A stretch of DNA of 62,874 nt, filler included, from Diploschistes diacapsis (lineage: Eukaryota), in the NCBI GenBank assembly GCA_023645945.1. It is 19 parts of 19 records of this genome, joined end to end, with 100 filler letters (N's around TTAATTAATTAA, not from the genome) between each part and the next. Parts side by side here need not be neighbours in the genome. Positions count along the whole stretch, not along the records: positions 29,526 to 49,649 come from JALAIB010000356.1; 18 more parts are not named here. The stretch is one strand, 5' to 3'. Both the position numbers and the translations under genes were made by a program. How positions within the stretch are numbered: the first letter of the stretch is position 1; the number at the start of each line of letters is the position of its first letter. The notes below the pieces were generated by a model, which did not search any database, was not told the origin of the DNA, and saw only the letters and a program-made list of their open reading frames with translations. Below are positions 35,182 through 48,028 of the stretch, piece after piece.

Positions 35182-37858
35182 TTACAGAGTTCCCAAGACG
35201 CTCTGAACGCCAACGCTGCTAGCATCTTCTCTGCGTAGAACATAGGGCCGTAGATCCCCCTTCTCCCATACATTTCCCATTCCCCCCAGCCCTCCGCCTC
35301 GGGCGCCTCCTCTTAACCTTTCTCGCAGCGCTTCGGGCGAGATGACAAAGATGTTGCCGATTTCGGTAAGGACTTCAAGGCTCGGGCCGAAGGAATCATC
35401 GAGCTTCCATGATCTGAAAACGTCGTTGTACTTGCTGATGTCCTTGGTTACCATGATACCGCCCGCGGCAGAAACGCCGAAGCGCTTGTAATGGTCGAGA
35501 AGCAGGGACCGAACGTTGGTTGCGAGTTCGATCAGAAACGATGTAAGATTTAGACTCTTAGGGGAAAGGGCTAGTAAGGCATGGTTATGGATTTTCTGCA
35601 GGAACGTGGTTACGGCGATACATGTCTGCAACGCCAGCAAATAAGCACAGGCTTCTTACCGAGGATCACACTAGACAAACCTGTGTGTTCAACTCCAGCA
35701 AGGTGCCGCTGCCGCCAATCGTATCATCTTTTGGCCGATAGTCCGTTTTCTTTTGTCCGGATAGGAGCTTGCTGGTCCAGGAGATAGCGACATCTATGGT
35801 TTTCTGCATTATGCTGTTGACCTTATCTTCCATTTGGCCCATGGCGTTGCTCGTGTTGCGTTCCATGTCGCGTCGAACAAGAGTGTTCGAAGCACCGAGT
35901 GGTATCAGTACAGTGTTGATGCAGGTAGCCATCAAGTACATAATAGTGGTAGCAGCATTGAGATTTTCAAGGTAAGAGAGATCCGGCTCGTTGCGGCTGT
36001 TGTCCTGCGAAGCGGCTGCGTCGTTCGCGGAATCGAGTGAAACTTCCACGTACAGGGTGCCCATGTGCGTGAGGAGCAGGTCGAGAAGAGCGGCAACGTC
36101 TTTTGGCGTCTCGTTGCCGCCGCTCAATTCTAGCCCTCGTCCGACCGCTTCAGCAAGCCACCTCAGCATCCTTCTCGCCGTAGCCACGTCTAAAATTCCG
36201 TCCTGATCTCTCACTTCCGTCTCCATCTGCTTCCTTGCACTATCGCCAGACTTCAGTCCTGCTACTCTTATTAGCATAGCCTTCTGCTGCGGTGCCAGAT
36301 CAGCAGAGTCCAGTCTCTCGACGTAGGCTTCTCGTGCCGACGCGAGAATTTCACTGCCAGACTTCGCTAGAGATGCAAGGAAAGTAGTGGGTGCCTTGCG
36401 TCTCTGCGAGTGATAGACGGTGAACTTGAACAGTAAAGAAGAGTAAAGCTCCTCAAGGTTACGCTTCTCCCTCTCGATGTAGGAAGACCCAACAAAATAT
36501 GGTACGAAGAGATCATCAAGCTGTTGATCAAGAACCAGGGCTGTCTGCGGCGATAGAGGCTCGGGATGCTCCGTTAATCCATGAGCTTTAAGATCATCTA
36601 TTAGCGCGCTAATATAGCTCCTCGACGCCTGGAGAGATCTTAGAAAGGCAAGGTTCGAGATCCGGTTCGCTTTATCTAGGACCATCTCTAGACGTTGTTG
36701 AATTGACTGCTGAAAAACTCGTTGAAGAAACCGTCCCAGTACAACCTCGTAATATGAGAATGCTTTCTTAATAATCTGAGACTCATCTTGCGCCACAACC
36801 TTGACCTCATCTATCAGAGACTGAAGGCTAGGCTCGATGCCTGGAGCATCCGCATCTGGGTCCGCAAGTAGTTCCCAAGCCTCTGCATCACCAGTGACTT
36901 CCTCGGTAATAAGCTGTCTCCGATCAATGAAGAACTGATGCTGGTTAACAAATGCTGCAATCACACTAGCTCCCCCCGAGAAGTCCTCCAGCACATCAGC
37001 GCACTCTTTCATGCCATCAAAGTCTGCTCTCCGGTAGAACTCGTCGAACTGCTTCAGTAGGTCCTTTTCCAAAGATTCTCGAAACTTCTCGACAATCTCT
37101 CGAGTATTATGCTTGGTCTCTGGACCACCGTCATGGCCGTTCACTCCGTTTACACCGTTCATTCCGTCAGTAGCTTTGATTCCATTGGTTTCACCCCAGC
37201 TTCCAGGATCGAGCCTTTGGCTGATCTTGAGCAGTTGACGTGCGATCTGGGCGGCCCGTATCTTGCGCTCACCTGTAGCTTGCCGCCTCATGTCTTCGAG
37301 TTGAAATAACTCCCCTCGCTCACTAACTTCCAGCCAACATTGGATCAAAAATTTCGCATCTTGCGCCCTCAGTCGTTGGCGGTCGAGCTCCTCCAAGCGG
37401 GCGCCAATCTTAATAGCGGTGTTTTCGCTGGACCCATAGCCATTGGATTGGTCATCTAGTGATCTGTCAAGTTTCCGAAAGTCTTCAATTGCCCGATCCA
37501 GCTTCTTTCCAAGAGAATCAACATTGCTGGTGTGCTGCGCTTCAGCCCGCCGAACAGCTGCTGAAAGCTCAGTTTCTCGCTCCTCTAGATCGCCAGACAA
37601 TTCCGACAACCGCGTAAGCCCATGCTCCAATGTTCGTATAAGTGGCCTAGGATCGAATGCCTGGTTTTGACTAGATTGCCCTGACCTTCGATTTGGGGTG
37701 ACTGCACTATCTGATAAAGATTCTATGAAATCCTTGACGCTAAAGTCCCGCCTCGCGAAAGTATCGAGCGTAAATGTTGGAGCTTGTGGAAACAGTGATC
37801 GCGGATAGGTGTTAGATTGAATGTTTGGAGATTGCGGTCGATCCGTGCTAGCTGGCAT
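35182..37858 (-). CDS. SEC10: Exocyst complex component Sec10
   Basis: Long ORF with FVNQHQFFID, FLQRVFQQSIQQRLE and LLSGQKKTDYRP. Intron 35626-35680 joins the C-terminal exon (GGIMVTKDISKY). Confidence 0.95.
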
Positions 37859-38280
37859 GATGGTGAATGCGAGAGTCACAATTCCTTCTCCCGTACATAA
37901 TTCAGCCTATTCGATGCGTATAGAATCCCTTCGGACCGTTGTGTTGATGTTCCCCCAGTGCCCGACACTTACGCCTATATATACATAGAATGAGATGCAT
38001 GAAGACAAGGTCAACCAATAGCAGCCGTGCCAGTATGCCAAGAACTTTTACTACATATATCAACTCTACCCAGCTTCTAGCGTATGAAACGCTATACACT
38101 TGGAAATCTACGGGGGGGCTTTTGCTTGCTAAGATATGGACATAACTGAACATTGAGAACTGCATTGCAAGCCAGATGTGGGCCAGATAACGATCAATCA
38201 TATAGTAAACCAATGCCCTCGTAGCGTTCGCTCTTTTCCCAGTCGAAGCCTGCTGCCACGTTCCGGGCTCAGTCACCGCC

Positions 38281-39338
38281 ATGCCTCTCTCCCGCGAAAC
38301 CGAACTCTATCGCCGCGACCTTCGCAGCTCCGGCAAGCTTCTGAGTTCCCAAGAGCGCGAAGCCCTCATACGCCCATACCTTCCCACTCCCAAAAAGCAA
38401 CAGCTATCTCAAGCCTCCGTCACCACTACCAAGCGCCGCAAACCTATCCGCGACTTCCTCAAATCCCTCATTCACCTCCTTCTGTTCTCCCTGATCCACC
38501 TCTTTTTCTCGATCTATATCCGCATCCGCCAATACTACCACGCTCTCAAACATCGCATATTCGCCGTCCTCTACTACCATCACCGGACACCCGAGCTTAT
38601 CCGCAAGGATGTGAAGCACCTCGGGACGCTTCCGCAGCATTTGAGCGTGATCCTGCATCTTGAGCCCGGCGATGGCGGCAACGGTGGGCTCGAAGTACTC
38701 TTGGACAATGTTGCGGAGATAGCAGCATGGTGCGCGACTGTGGGGATCCCACTGCTGAGCGTCTACGAGAAGACGGGGGCTTTGAAGGAATATATACCTA
38801 CTACCCACAGGACCGTCGCCGCAAAGTTTCACTCGTACTTTGGGCCCAGGAGGCCGAGCCTGCAGGTGCGAGCGCCGCATATTCCAAGTTTCTTCAATGG
38901 GGACATCTCGGAGAGGGCGGAATATGAGGAGGGAGATAATGGAAATCTGGGTATGATTTGCAGCCGGTTTGTCGTTTCATGCAACCGTCGCTAACGGGCT
39001 GTGAAGGGCATCTATCTCTCCTTCTCCTATCTTCAGAAGATGGACGATCTACACTCGTTGATCTTACAAAGACCCTGGCGGAGATGTCGCAGCACAACAA
39101 GCTCTCCCCAGCAGATATCAGCGTGGAGTTAATAGACGCTGAAATTACCGAGAGCATTATGGGCGAACCAGATCTCTTGATCCTCTTTGATCCAGATGTC
39201 AAGCTAGAGGGATATCCACCCTGGCAGCTACGGCTTACAGAGATATTTCATGTGCCTGATAACCAGGAGGTAGAATATCTTGTTTGGTTAAAAGGCCTAC
39301 ACCGGTTCGCGAAGGCGGAGATGAGGTTTGGTAGGTGA
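38281..39338 (+). CDS. NUS1: Dehydrodolichyl diphosphate synthase subunit Nus1
   Basis: YYHHRTPELIRKDV, LPQHLSVIL, GIPLLSVYEKTG; intron 38951-39006; EPDLLILF, GYPPWQLRLTEIF and C-terminal RFGR (RxG). Confidence 0.95.
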
Positions 39339-40896
39339 GATGCAGAAACCTGAAGAGCTTACATGATAGCTGTGAACGTTAAACATAGCGGGTGAAGAAG
39401 TATCTGCTCGCGCAGCCGTTCAAAATCAGCCTTCTGGTCGGTCCACGCCGCGATGATGAGCTTGATAATATCCTTTATACTTACTACCCAGCCGTGTGAT
39501 ACCTGGCAAGCACCAGTAGAAACATGTGCAGCCCTTCTGGGAAACAGTACCGTCAGCTTGCAGGCTGTGCCTTGGACATTACGTTGGACACAACTCGGCC
39601 AGTGCATGTTTGTGGATACTTGAGTGCGACGGGATACAGAATCTAAAAGCTACTATCTAAGCCTCTTTGATACGAGCCTATTTTCTATGACTCATCGCCC
39701 TCCCATGCAGACAGATGGTAGGTCAGCCCAAGCTGCTTATTGATTCAACCAGAGACAACACCGTGTCGATATAAACCATTCCTCTATCTTAGGCACGGCT
39801 TCGGCATTTCTGTGACTGCTTCCCCTCTGCGTCCTTCCTAGTCATCTCCTGGGCTTTCGTCGCAGTTTTGAAAACAGCAATTGCGAGGCCTCTTCTTCAA
39901 AGCGAGGATACTTGTCTTATACTTGATACAATTGGGACCACCTAGTTCGTCACAGTCGCAGACAGCTTCTTTGACAGCGTGATCGCATTCTTATTTGTAT
40001 ATTTTAGAAGGTTTCTTATACATTCTGCCAGGCACAGCTACCATTAGTTCGTTAATCAATCGATCATGATGATGGAAAATATTAGGGTGACGGTCAAGAT
40101 ATCTTCTGATATCTGAGAGATAAATACTTGGTAAGTTTGTAATGTAGTGTTCAAAGATAGAACCCTAACTATTCACTGTCTAACACCGGACAGGCTGGGT
40201 TTGTCGGACCCTCGAGGCGGGTGCCATCATTGACAACTTAGCCTACTCACCGTGGTATACTTTATCATGACCAGCAATGGCCTTTTCAATCGAAGGAGGA
40301 GTTGTTGAGAAACCAGAGCGGCCCTGAACATGATTCTTTTGTCAACAATCTCTCTGGAAGTGGAATCTTTCCTAACTTGGTGGATGTCCATAATCGCACA
40401 ACCTGAAAAGAATGCTGGGTGGATCAATTCTCCATGCAATGGAGGTTGTTCGTGCTCTCGCTCACTCATAGGCAATACTACGCTTTGATGGGAATTTTGT
40501 ACATTCTGCTTGTATTGTTTGGGGAGAAGAGAGTAATGGTCCAGCCAGTGGGGAAATCAGCGTTCGCAAGGGGAAGCTTCGCCAAAGGAATTCACAAGAG
40601 CCTTAGATGGTTCAGGCTCCCTAGGCACCAACAACACAAACTGAGAGTCTATTAGGTGACAGGAAGACGGGTATATCCTTTGAGTCGGAATTGCTGGAAC
40701 CGACGCCTTTATGCGGGCATCAGCTTTCGAGCCATTGGATCTGCTCGAGGGTTTCTTAGGCTGGCAAGCTGGTATGAGTCTCTGCAACCATCTTGCAATC
40801 CCCCTTTTGGTGCCAAGTTGAGACCAGGTGTAATTGGAAGACTAATGAATAGTACTAACATACGTATAACTGGGGCTCATTGGGATTATGCTTATT

Positions 40897-41810
40897 CTAC
40901 AACTTTACACTTCTTCTCTTGCTGTCAAGGCCAATCTCTGTTGTACAGATCAATGCCGTGTCTCTTAGTGCCTAAGGTGGTGATCAATTAAAGCCACTTA
41001 GGCATTGGGGTTTCGACTTACATTCAGGCGATGCTTGGAGTTAATTTCTTGGTAGTCTTCGCCGGCCAGCATGTCGCAAAATGCACGAATACTATGGTTC
41101 TCTAGCGGAGATGTCTCGAATGACACCAGGCTGTCCTACCTTGGGTAATGCACGAGACTGAACTCATTCCACCATTCCTGAGCAGGCCGTCCAAAATCTC
41201 CTCTCGAGTCCGATGCTCCCTGAGGAGGAGCAACCACATTCCCAACAAGCTTTGCATCTCCCCCTCGCTTTCCCGCTACCTCCTTGAAAGCTTGGCCGTA
41301 CTTTGCATAGCTCGGCTTGCCATCCTCCGTGAACCAGAGCAGATTGAGCATCGTCACGGGTTTGTCGCCATACCTTTGAGTCAAGTCGTCCATGAAGCGT
41401 AGCAGATCGGGACTGACCTCCAGATTTTGGGCATCTTTCTTCGCTCGCTCTCGGGCCTTATCCAGGGATCCAGTCAACTTGACCTCTGCTGCCTCATTCC
41501 ATAGCTGAGCATTATGCTCGTGATAGTCTTTAAGGATCCTTGATGGTACCCCAACCGTTACCTTATACTCAGACGAGATGGCAGAGCGGAGCTCCTCCGG
41601 AAGGGCAGCATTAGGGGTCTCGACGAGTATGAGGAGATCGTAATGGGAGCTCAGGGCTTGACTATCGAGCTTAGTGGGCTCGATAACGGCGTACTGTGGC
41701 TGGGATGCGAGGATCAGGTTGACCGAAGGTGTCTTCTGTAGTCTCTGGATGAAAGTCGGCACGGAGCCGCTCTCCGTGAGCTTGAGGAGATGGAGCGTTG
41801 CGAGAGGCAT
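40897..41810 (-). CDS. DUF1330-like dimeric alpha/beta-barrel protein, 3 exons
   Basis: PVTMLNLLWF..GK.SY.KYGQAF...RGG.AK.VG, WWNEFSLVHYPS; spliced continuation IRAFCDMLAGEDYQEINSKHRL / ALRDTALICTTE...VKL*. Confidence 0.75.
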
Positions 41811-42354
41811 CTTTCCCAGCTATGTAGCGATTCTCCTAAAGCGAGCAAGAATAGAAATGTGCATGTTCAATGCTACACGGTCATCTTATGAACTCGATCT
41901 TGCTGTAGTTACGTTATCGACAACGTCTTCTTTTTAGTGTTACCGAGGCACGGAGCTCTCCCCGCAGACAGTAGGATTTTAATCCGAAGCTGCCATCCAC
42001 TGTATTCTAGTTCCAACAGATGCTGAAATCATGCAACAATCAAGTGATGGGAATTCTTCGAGCTCCCGTATAATTTCAAAGATTTTATATGGCAAAAATG
42101 AGACTGATTCACAAGCCCAACGCTTTCTGGTAAAACATAAGCGACGTCATTGGTGATGATATGGTTTGTCCATAGTAGGTATGTAACATCTCATAAGAGT
42201 GATCTCATCACACAATGTGAAAGTAAACTGCATGTGGTCATTTAAATACAGTGTTTTGCCCCTCGACTCTTGCTTTTCGAGTTGGGTTCAAACACACGAT
42301 TGTCACAATCTCATCCCTTGATCTAGACCTCTTTCATTGATCAATCAGCTCATA

Positions 42355-43351
42355 ATGTCTGGCGACGGCCCCTTGACGGCATTCCCCTGGAGGATTCCAC
42401 CCCAGGACCAGGAAGGCCATAAAGGCCTCGATTCACAGCTTGACCCACCCGCGAACTGGACTCAGCTCGAATACTGGAACGACGATGGCACCAAACCCTA
42501 CCTTCAAGAGTACAAAGGACAAGGCCTCCTCAAGGACAAGGCTGTCCTTATCACCGGTGCCGACTCTGGTATTGGCCGCTCCGTAGCCGTTCTTATGGCA
42601 CGTGAAGGAGCAGACATCTCATTCGTTTACCTTCCAGAAGAGGAAGAAGATGCTCAGGCCACGAAGAAAATGATTGAGGCTGCTGGGCGGAAAGCCCATC
42701 TCATGGCTCTGGACGTAACCTCGGAGGCGAATTGCAAGAAGATTGTTGACGAACACATCAAGACCTTTGGAAAACTGAGTGTTCTGGTCAACAACTCGGC
42801 TATGCAAGAGATTTGCAACGATCTCAAGGACATCAAGCTGGAGGTCGTCGAAAAGACTTTCAGGACCAATATCCTCAGCATATTTGCCTTGACCAAGTTT
42901 GCGCTGCCCCATATGAAGCGTGGATCTGCAATTGTCAACTCGTGTTCAATTGCGGGATACATGGGGAATCCGCAGCTTGTTGACTATTCGAGCACGAAGG
43001 GGGCAATTGCTACTTTCACAAGGTCACTGGCACAGCAGCAGGCACCTAATGGGATCAGAGTCAACGCCGTGGCTCCTGGAATCATGTGAGTTCTTCGGTT
43101 TGCGCGGTATTATCGGAAGTGTGAAGGTTGTGTTGTAACTAACTCCCGACAGCTGGACACCGCTTCAGCCCGCCACCAAGAACAACCCACCGGAAAACAT
43201 GAAGAACCTTGGTGTAGGTACCGCGCCTCTCAATAGGCCAGGTATGCCCGTTGAGGTCGCCGGTGCTTATGTGTTCCTTGCTTCACCACTGGGAAGCTAC
43301 TTTACCGGCGAGGTTATACATGGAAGTGGAGGCTTAGAGATGCAAGGTTAA
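42355..43351 (+). CDS. Classical short-chain dehydrogenase/reductase (YhdF/YghA-like stress oxidoreductase)
   Basis: TGADSGIG, VNNSA, YSSTKG and RVNAVAPG motifs; intron 43086-43152. Confidence 0.93.
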
Positions 43352-43802
43352 GTGAGAGACCTAGATGAGGAAAGATGATGACTTGCAATGGCTTTGGCGC
43401 AAGGAAGAGAGGTTACTGAGCTGGCCGTTAGACATACTCTGCAATTACACGTAGACTATGACTAGAGCTTCTGATGAAAACAAGATTGGTGACTCTGGCT
43501 GAAGAGAGTGTGTATGATATGTCTTCGCTGATATCCACGATCGATTCAACACCTGGGATGTTCTTTCCTTGTTGAGCAAGACTCTTATGAGTCAAGGGGC
43601 AAGTATAAGAATCTGAAGATGCACTTACTATTACCATCTTCTTTATACCAATTCCAATCATTAGCAACACGGAATCGTCTGGCACGATCCCTTATACTCT
43701 CCTTTGATCTTTGCTTGGCCATCCGCATCCTTTACTTCCGTCATTCTTCAGTAAGCTTTACGCCTTCCATCCTTCAGCAAGCCACACTCATTACCATTCA
43801 AT

Positions 43803-44321
43803 ATGCTCTGTTATATCCCCTCATTCGTCCTCATCCTCACTCTTTCCACCCCCATTCTCGCCAGCTGGCAGTGCGACTGGTCCGCCAAAGCCCCCGGACC
43901 CGCGAATCAATGCATCCTCTCCGGACAATTCTCCTGGCAAGCCGCGAAGCAAAGCAACACACTCTACCTGATGGACAACAGGTGCAAGGAAATTGGCCGG
44001 ATTAGCAACATCCGGCCCCCGCATAACTTCGACAGCAGCGGTCTCGCACACCCAGTCGTGGTCCGGGAGCTCACGCTGCCGGAACAGGGCGGGTCCAACA
44101 TGGGTCAACTCATCTTTGGATACGGGGCTTCGGGGGCCTCGGTGGCTATTCCGGCGAACGTCAAGAATCAGTGGTGGGAGGATAATAAGCCGGGGAACTG
44201 CGACTGCGATGTCAAGGACCCAGGTGCCGGGGACGACGCGAGTGATAACGACAAGTGCCCAAACGATACGTGCTGCCGATGCACTTTTGATTGCTCGTGG
44301 GGTCAGAAGCTTGGGGAATAG
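43803..44321 (+). CDS. Small secreted cysteine-rich protein (effector-like), 172 aa
   Basis: Hydrophobic signal peptide MLCYIPSFVLILTLSTPILA; 10 Cys in the mature part, with C-terminal CxC...CxxxxCCxCxxxC. Confidence 0.75.
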   Translation: MLCYIPSFVLILTLSTPILASWQCDWSAKAPGPANQCILSGQFSWQAAKQSNTLYLMDNRCKEIGRISNIRPPHNFDSSGLAHPVVVRELTLPEQGGSNMGQLIFGYGASGASVAIPANVKNQWWEDNKPGNCDCDVKDPGAGDDASDNDKCPNDTCCRCTFDCSWGQKLGE

Positions 44322-44964
44322 TGTCGAATTCCAACTTGGTCGGAGAGTAAAATATGCTAAGAAGAGGGCGGTTTGGTTGGAAGGCGCCGTGCTGCTAGGA
44401 GGCCCTTGTCTGTGTTATGTAGGCACAGTTGTTGTTCTGGAGCCACTTTGCAACGTCTGAAGCGTCACCAAGGTTCATGATTTGTAGGTACAAGAGTGCC
44501 TGATCTCGTTAGATTTGCATGTATAAATATCGGGACACCTCCCCCAGATGGGCCAAGGTTCTATTCGATACTCCAAACTCACAATTGACAGGTCCTCGTA
44601 TATCAAGATTATGTCCAATAGCAATCTTACCGGTTGTCTCAGGAGCACTACGTGCTCCGCTGACTCTCTACATATGGCATGCCTGCCAAGTAGTTTAGCT
44701 TATATCTAACTTAGTTCCCATAGTAATACATTGGCGTATGAGTTAATATGCGCTACCAAATGACTTGAGAATTACTGAAGGAAATGCACATACAAATTTA
44801 TATGGGACCTAACTTTAACGTGTACGCAAAATCCTGTAAGCCCTATAGTATGAAGAGTCAGGGCAGCAGGTAGGTACCGGCTTGCATACTAATTATGTTT
44901 GGCTGAGGGTGCTGGTCCTTTGAGCTCTACTATCAAAGATCGAAAGACTCCACACCTACAACTA

Positions 44965-45322
44965 TTGAAGCTAATCACCTCTATCCTCTCCGTCCTTCTC
45001 CTCACCACTCTCAATGCTGCTGCCGCACGGAGTCCCCAGTCCTATTACGAAAAACGCCATTATATCCGCTCCGCCGAAGCCGGCTACAACAGCTTGGACT
45101 CGCGCTCAGCCGCGGACTTCGACGGCGCGATCCTCGCTCGCAGCATCAACGACCTTATTCAACCCCGCGACCTCCTGGCCCGTGATCTCACGCCCCTATT
45201 CGCCACACGGCCACGCCCTTGTCGCGCGCAGTATCAAGATCCTGCAGACGCTCCTGCCTCGTGACGAAGACGGAATCCTCATCAAGCGCAAAGTGCATCA
45301 AGGCCGGGAGAAGGTATTATGA
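44965..45322 (+). pseudogene. Degenerate small secreted pro-peptide gene
   Basis: Signal-like LKLITSILSVLLLTTLNAAAA with no ATG (TTG at the expected start). EKR/ARS/PRD/ARD pro-peptide motifs; frame switch at ~45205 into ..ALVARSIKILQTLLPRDEDGILIKRK. Confidence 0.5.
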
Positions 45323-45802
45323 TCAGGCTAGTAGAGCTTGTAGAAGTTAGGGATGCGGACGCTGCTGCGGGGCCTGCGGGGTCAGAGGCTTCTACTGCAT
45401 AGGGGCGATACTAAGCGTTAGGCGATCAGCAACTTGGGAGAGAGAGCTCTTCGTCTGGACGGCTGGATTTAGCCTTTTTCTCTTAATGAGAGACGGAATT
45501 CTCGGAGCTTGGGTCTGTTTGGATTCCGAACTTATTCCGCTCAACACCGTCAGCGGAGTTTGCAGCAACATGACCAACAGTCCATGTAACGGGCATAATA
45601 ACCGCGACTTCTTATCAAGGCGTTGGCTTTCTTAAATGAGTTACTGCGAAGTCAGGGCTCTTACAGGCCACCAGAGCTTTTCGCTCTTCTACCAAGATCG
45701 AATATGTCAATGATGAGAGTATATATAGGTGGTGTTCCTCTCTTAGTCTCACAATCCTTCGTTTAACACATCATATCCATTCCTCCATCAATTCCTCTCA
45801 CT

Positions 45803-47050
45803 ATGGCATCCGTGCTGTCTTATCAAATCTCTATTGAAGACTCTCAAATTTCAGATTTGAAGCAGCGTCTCTCTTTGGCTCGTTTCCCTGACGAGTTGGA
45901 GGGTGCTGGTTGGGATCTAGGATGTCCACTTTCGGACATTAAGAGGCTCACACGATATTGGTTCGATGAATTCGACTGGCGAAAGGCAGAACGTGAATTG
46001 AACAATCTCCCTCATTTCATGACCGTAATCCAATGCAAAGGCTTTGACGCTCTAGACATACACTTCTTGCACCGCAAGAGCAAGGTCGAGGGAGCAATAC
46101 CACTTCTCTTTGTTCACGGATGGCCCGGGAGCTTTCTTGAAGTGACCAAGCTCCTCAAACTTCTCACTGATCCTCCTTTTGGTCAAGTTGCCTTCGACGT
46201 CGTTGCACCATCATTGCCCAACTTTGGTTTCTCGGGCGGCATCAAGCGGAGGGGATTTGCAACAGAGCAGTATGCCGAGACACTACACAAACTCATGACA
46301 GAGAAGCTGGGGTACAAGCAGTATGTGACGCAGGGGGGCGACTGGGGCTACGAGATTACCAGGGCTATAGCATTCCTATATCCAGAGTGCTGCAGAGCAA
46401 ACCATCTCAACATGGATGGTGGTTTCCCCTTGCAGTTTCTATCGGACCCCGAGAGCTATCTCCAGTCGAAACGCGAGAGCTTTACTCCCAGAGAGCAAGC
46501 TGGGCTTGAGCATAGCGCCAGCTTCCAAATTGAAGGGACAGGCTACGACAAGGAGCAATCTACTAAGCCTCAAACTTTAGGATACGCCTTGGCAAACGAT
46601 CCGGTTGCGCTCCTAGCCTGGATATATGAAAAACTCCACGATTGGACGGACAACTACCCTTGGACAGAAGACGAGATCCTGACGTGGATCAGCGTCTACT
46701 GGTTTTCGACGGCGGGACCGGCAGCAAGCTGTCGAATATACTACGAAGTGAAACATGACGGCCCTCCGGGCCACGCAGAAACGACGGGTAGGAAGGAGAA
46801 GCTTACGTGGCAGAGGCTGAATCAGCATCTCCCCGTCAAAACTGGCTTCAGCCACTTTCCAAGGGATATCTACGTCCTGCCAAAAGAGTGGACGAGGTCG
46901 ATTGGTGATGTTGTCTTTGAGCGTGATCATGACGAGGGCGGCCATTTCGCCGCTTGGGAGCGGCCCGATATAATGGTCGAGGACGTACGAGCCATGTTTG
47001 GAAAGCGGGGAGGTGCATACGGCGTTGTTGATGGCAGGAGTGGCTACTAG
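45803..47050 (+). CDS. Microsomal-type epoxide hydrolase (EHN + alpha/beta hydrolase)
   Basis: Intronless 415 aa with HGWPGSF, VAPSLPNFGFS, QGGDWG and GGHFAAWERP. Confidence 0.95.
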   Translation: MASVLSYQISIEDSQISDLKQRLSLARFPDELEGAGWDLGCPLSDIKRLTRYWFDEFDWRKAERELNNLPHFMTVIQCKGFDALDIHFLHRKSKVEGAIPLLFVHGWPGSFLEVTKLLKLLTDPPFGQVAFDVVAPSLPNFGFSGGIKRRGFATEQYAETLHKLMTEKLGYKQYVTQGGDWGYEITRAIAFLYPECCRANHLNMDGGFPLQFLSDPESYLQSKRESFTPREQAGLEHSASFQIEGTGYDKEQSTKPQTLGYALANDPVALLAWIYEKLHDWTDNYPWTEDEILTWISVYWFSTAGPAASCRIYYEVKHDGPPGHAETTGRKEKLTWQRLNQHLPVKTGFSHFPRDIYVLPKEWTRSIGDVVFERDHDEGGHFAAWERPDIMVEDVRAMFGKRGGAYGVVDGRSGY

Positions 47051-48028
47051 GTAGGATTCGGGGGCCTGTAGCGCGTGCGTTGGAAGTCCCACATTTCAAC
47101 GCATTCGAAGTCGCTTAGAAGCCAATCGCTCTTGCTTAGTGTGGCGATAATAAACAACGGTTGGACGTGCTAAAAGTCTAGGCGCAGATTACTGTGAGGG
47201 TCACTTTCGAAGTATGAACCTGAGTCCGAGTGAAGCTTCTAAGAGCTAGGTCCCTCAGCATTCCTGCTCGGGTAAGAGAATTTCAATCCTTTCCACATTG
47301 ATATTTAAGAATAGTTACATGTTACAGCCTCGATAGTCTTCGCCCAGCCCACCAGGACCTACTGCGCCAAAGGTCTCGAGTTCAGGTACCAAATCCCGTT
47401 CATGAGGGCACAACATGGTGGAAGAAAAAGAACCCCCCGCTTCTGAAGCTGTCAAGCGATCGTCGATATGCGTCCCTTGAGCCTGCCAGGTGCATGCAGA
47501 GAAATGCTTTTCAATTCTCGCTACGACATCCAGCACCGGACGCCTAATGGCTGAAGCCGACCGCACTCAGCTCTAGCTCTACTAAACCAGCTGAGACTAA
47601 CATCATGATGCGATCATCAGTAATAGTTGTACGATTGTCTGTCGGTCAAGCTACATGTATACAAATTGAACCCTCGGATGTCGACATTGGGCTGAACTTC
47701 CCTATCCATATGGCGCCATGTGTGACGCCAGCGCTGCTGCAGTGCAAGAGCTCTGCACTGGCTCTACCAATCGCTCTTTCAGTGTGCCTTTGTGCCCAGC
47801 CTGAGCAGCTTCAACTCAGGTTTACTTCTCTTATCAAAAGGCACGTAATGAGGTTGGTATTCCTTCCATGGCCGTGTCCATGGTGGTTTCTGAGCGTCAA
47901 TAAAGTATATTACTCTACTTGTCCTCGTGTTTTGCTGCCTTCTGCTGGTATTCTTTGCACTCGTTCCCCAGCATACCTCTTTCCGTTAACCTTTGCCCGC
48001 TAGTTGAACGCGGTTGTATCGTATCAGC

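Noticed and set aside
39359..40990. Short ORFs downstream of NUS1
   Set aside because: No family signature recognised; cannot be supported without a search.
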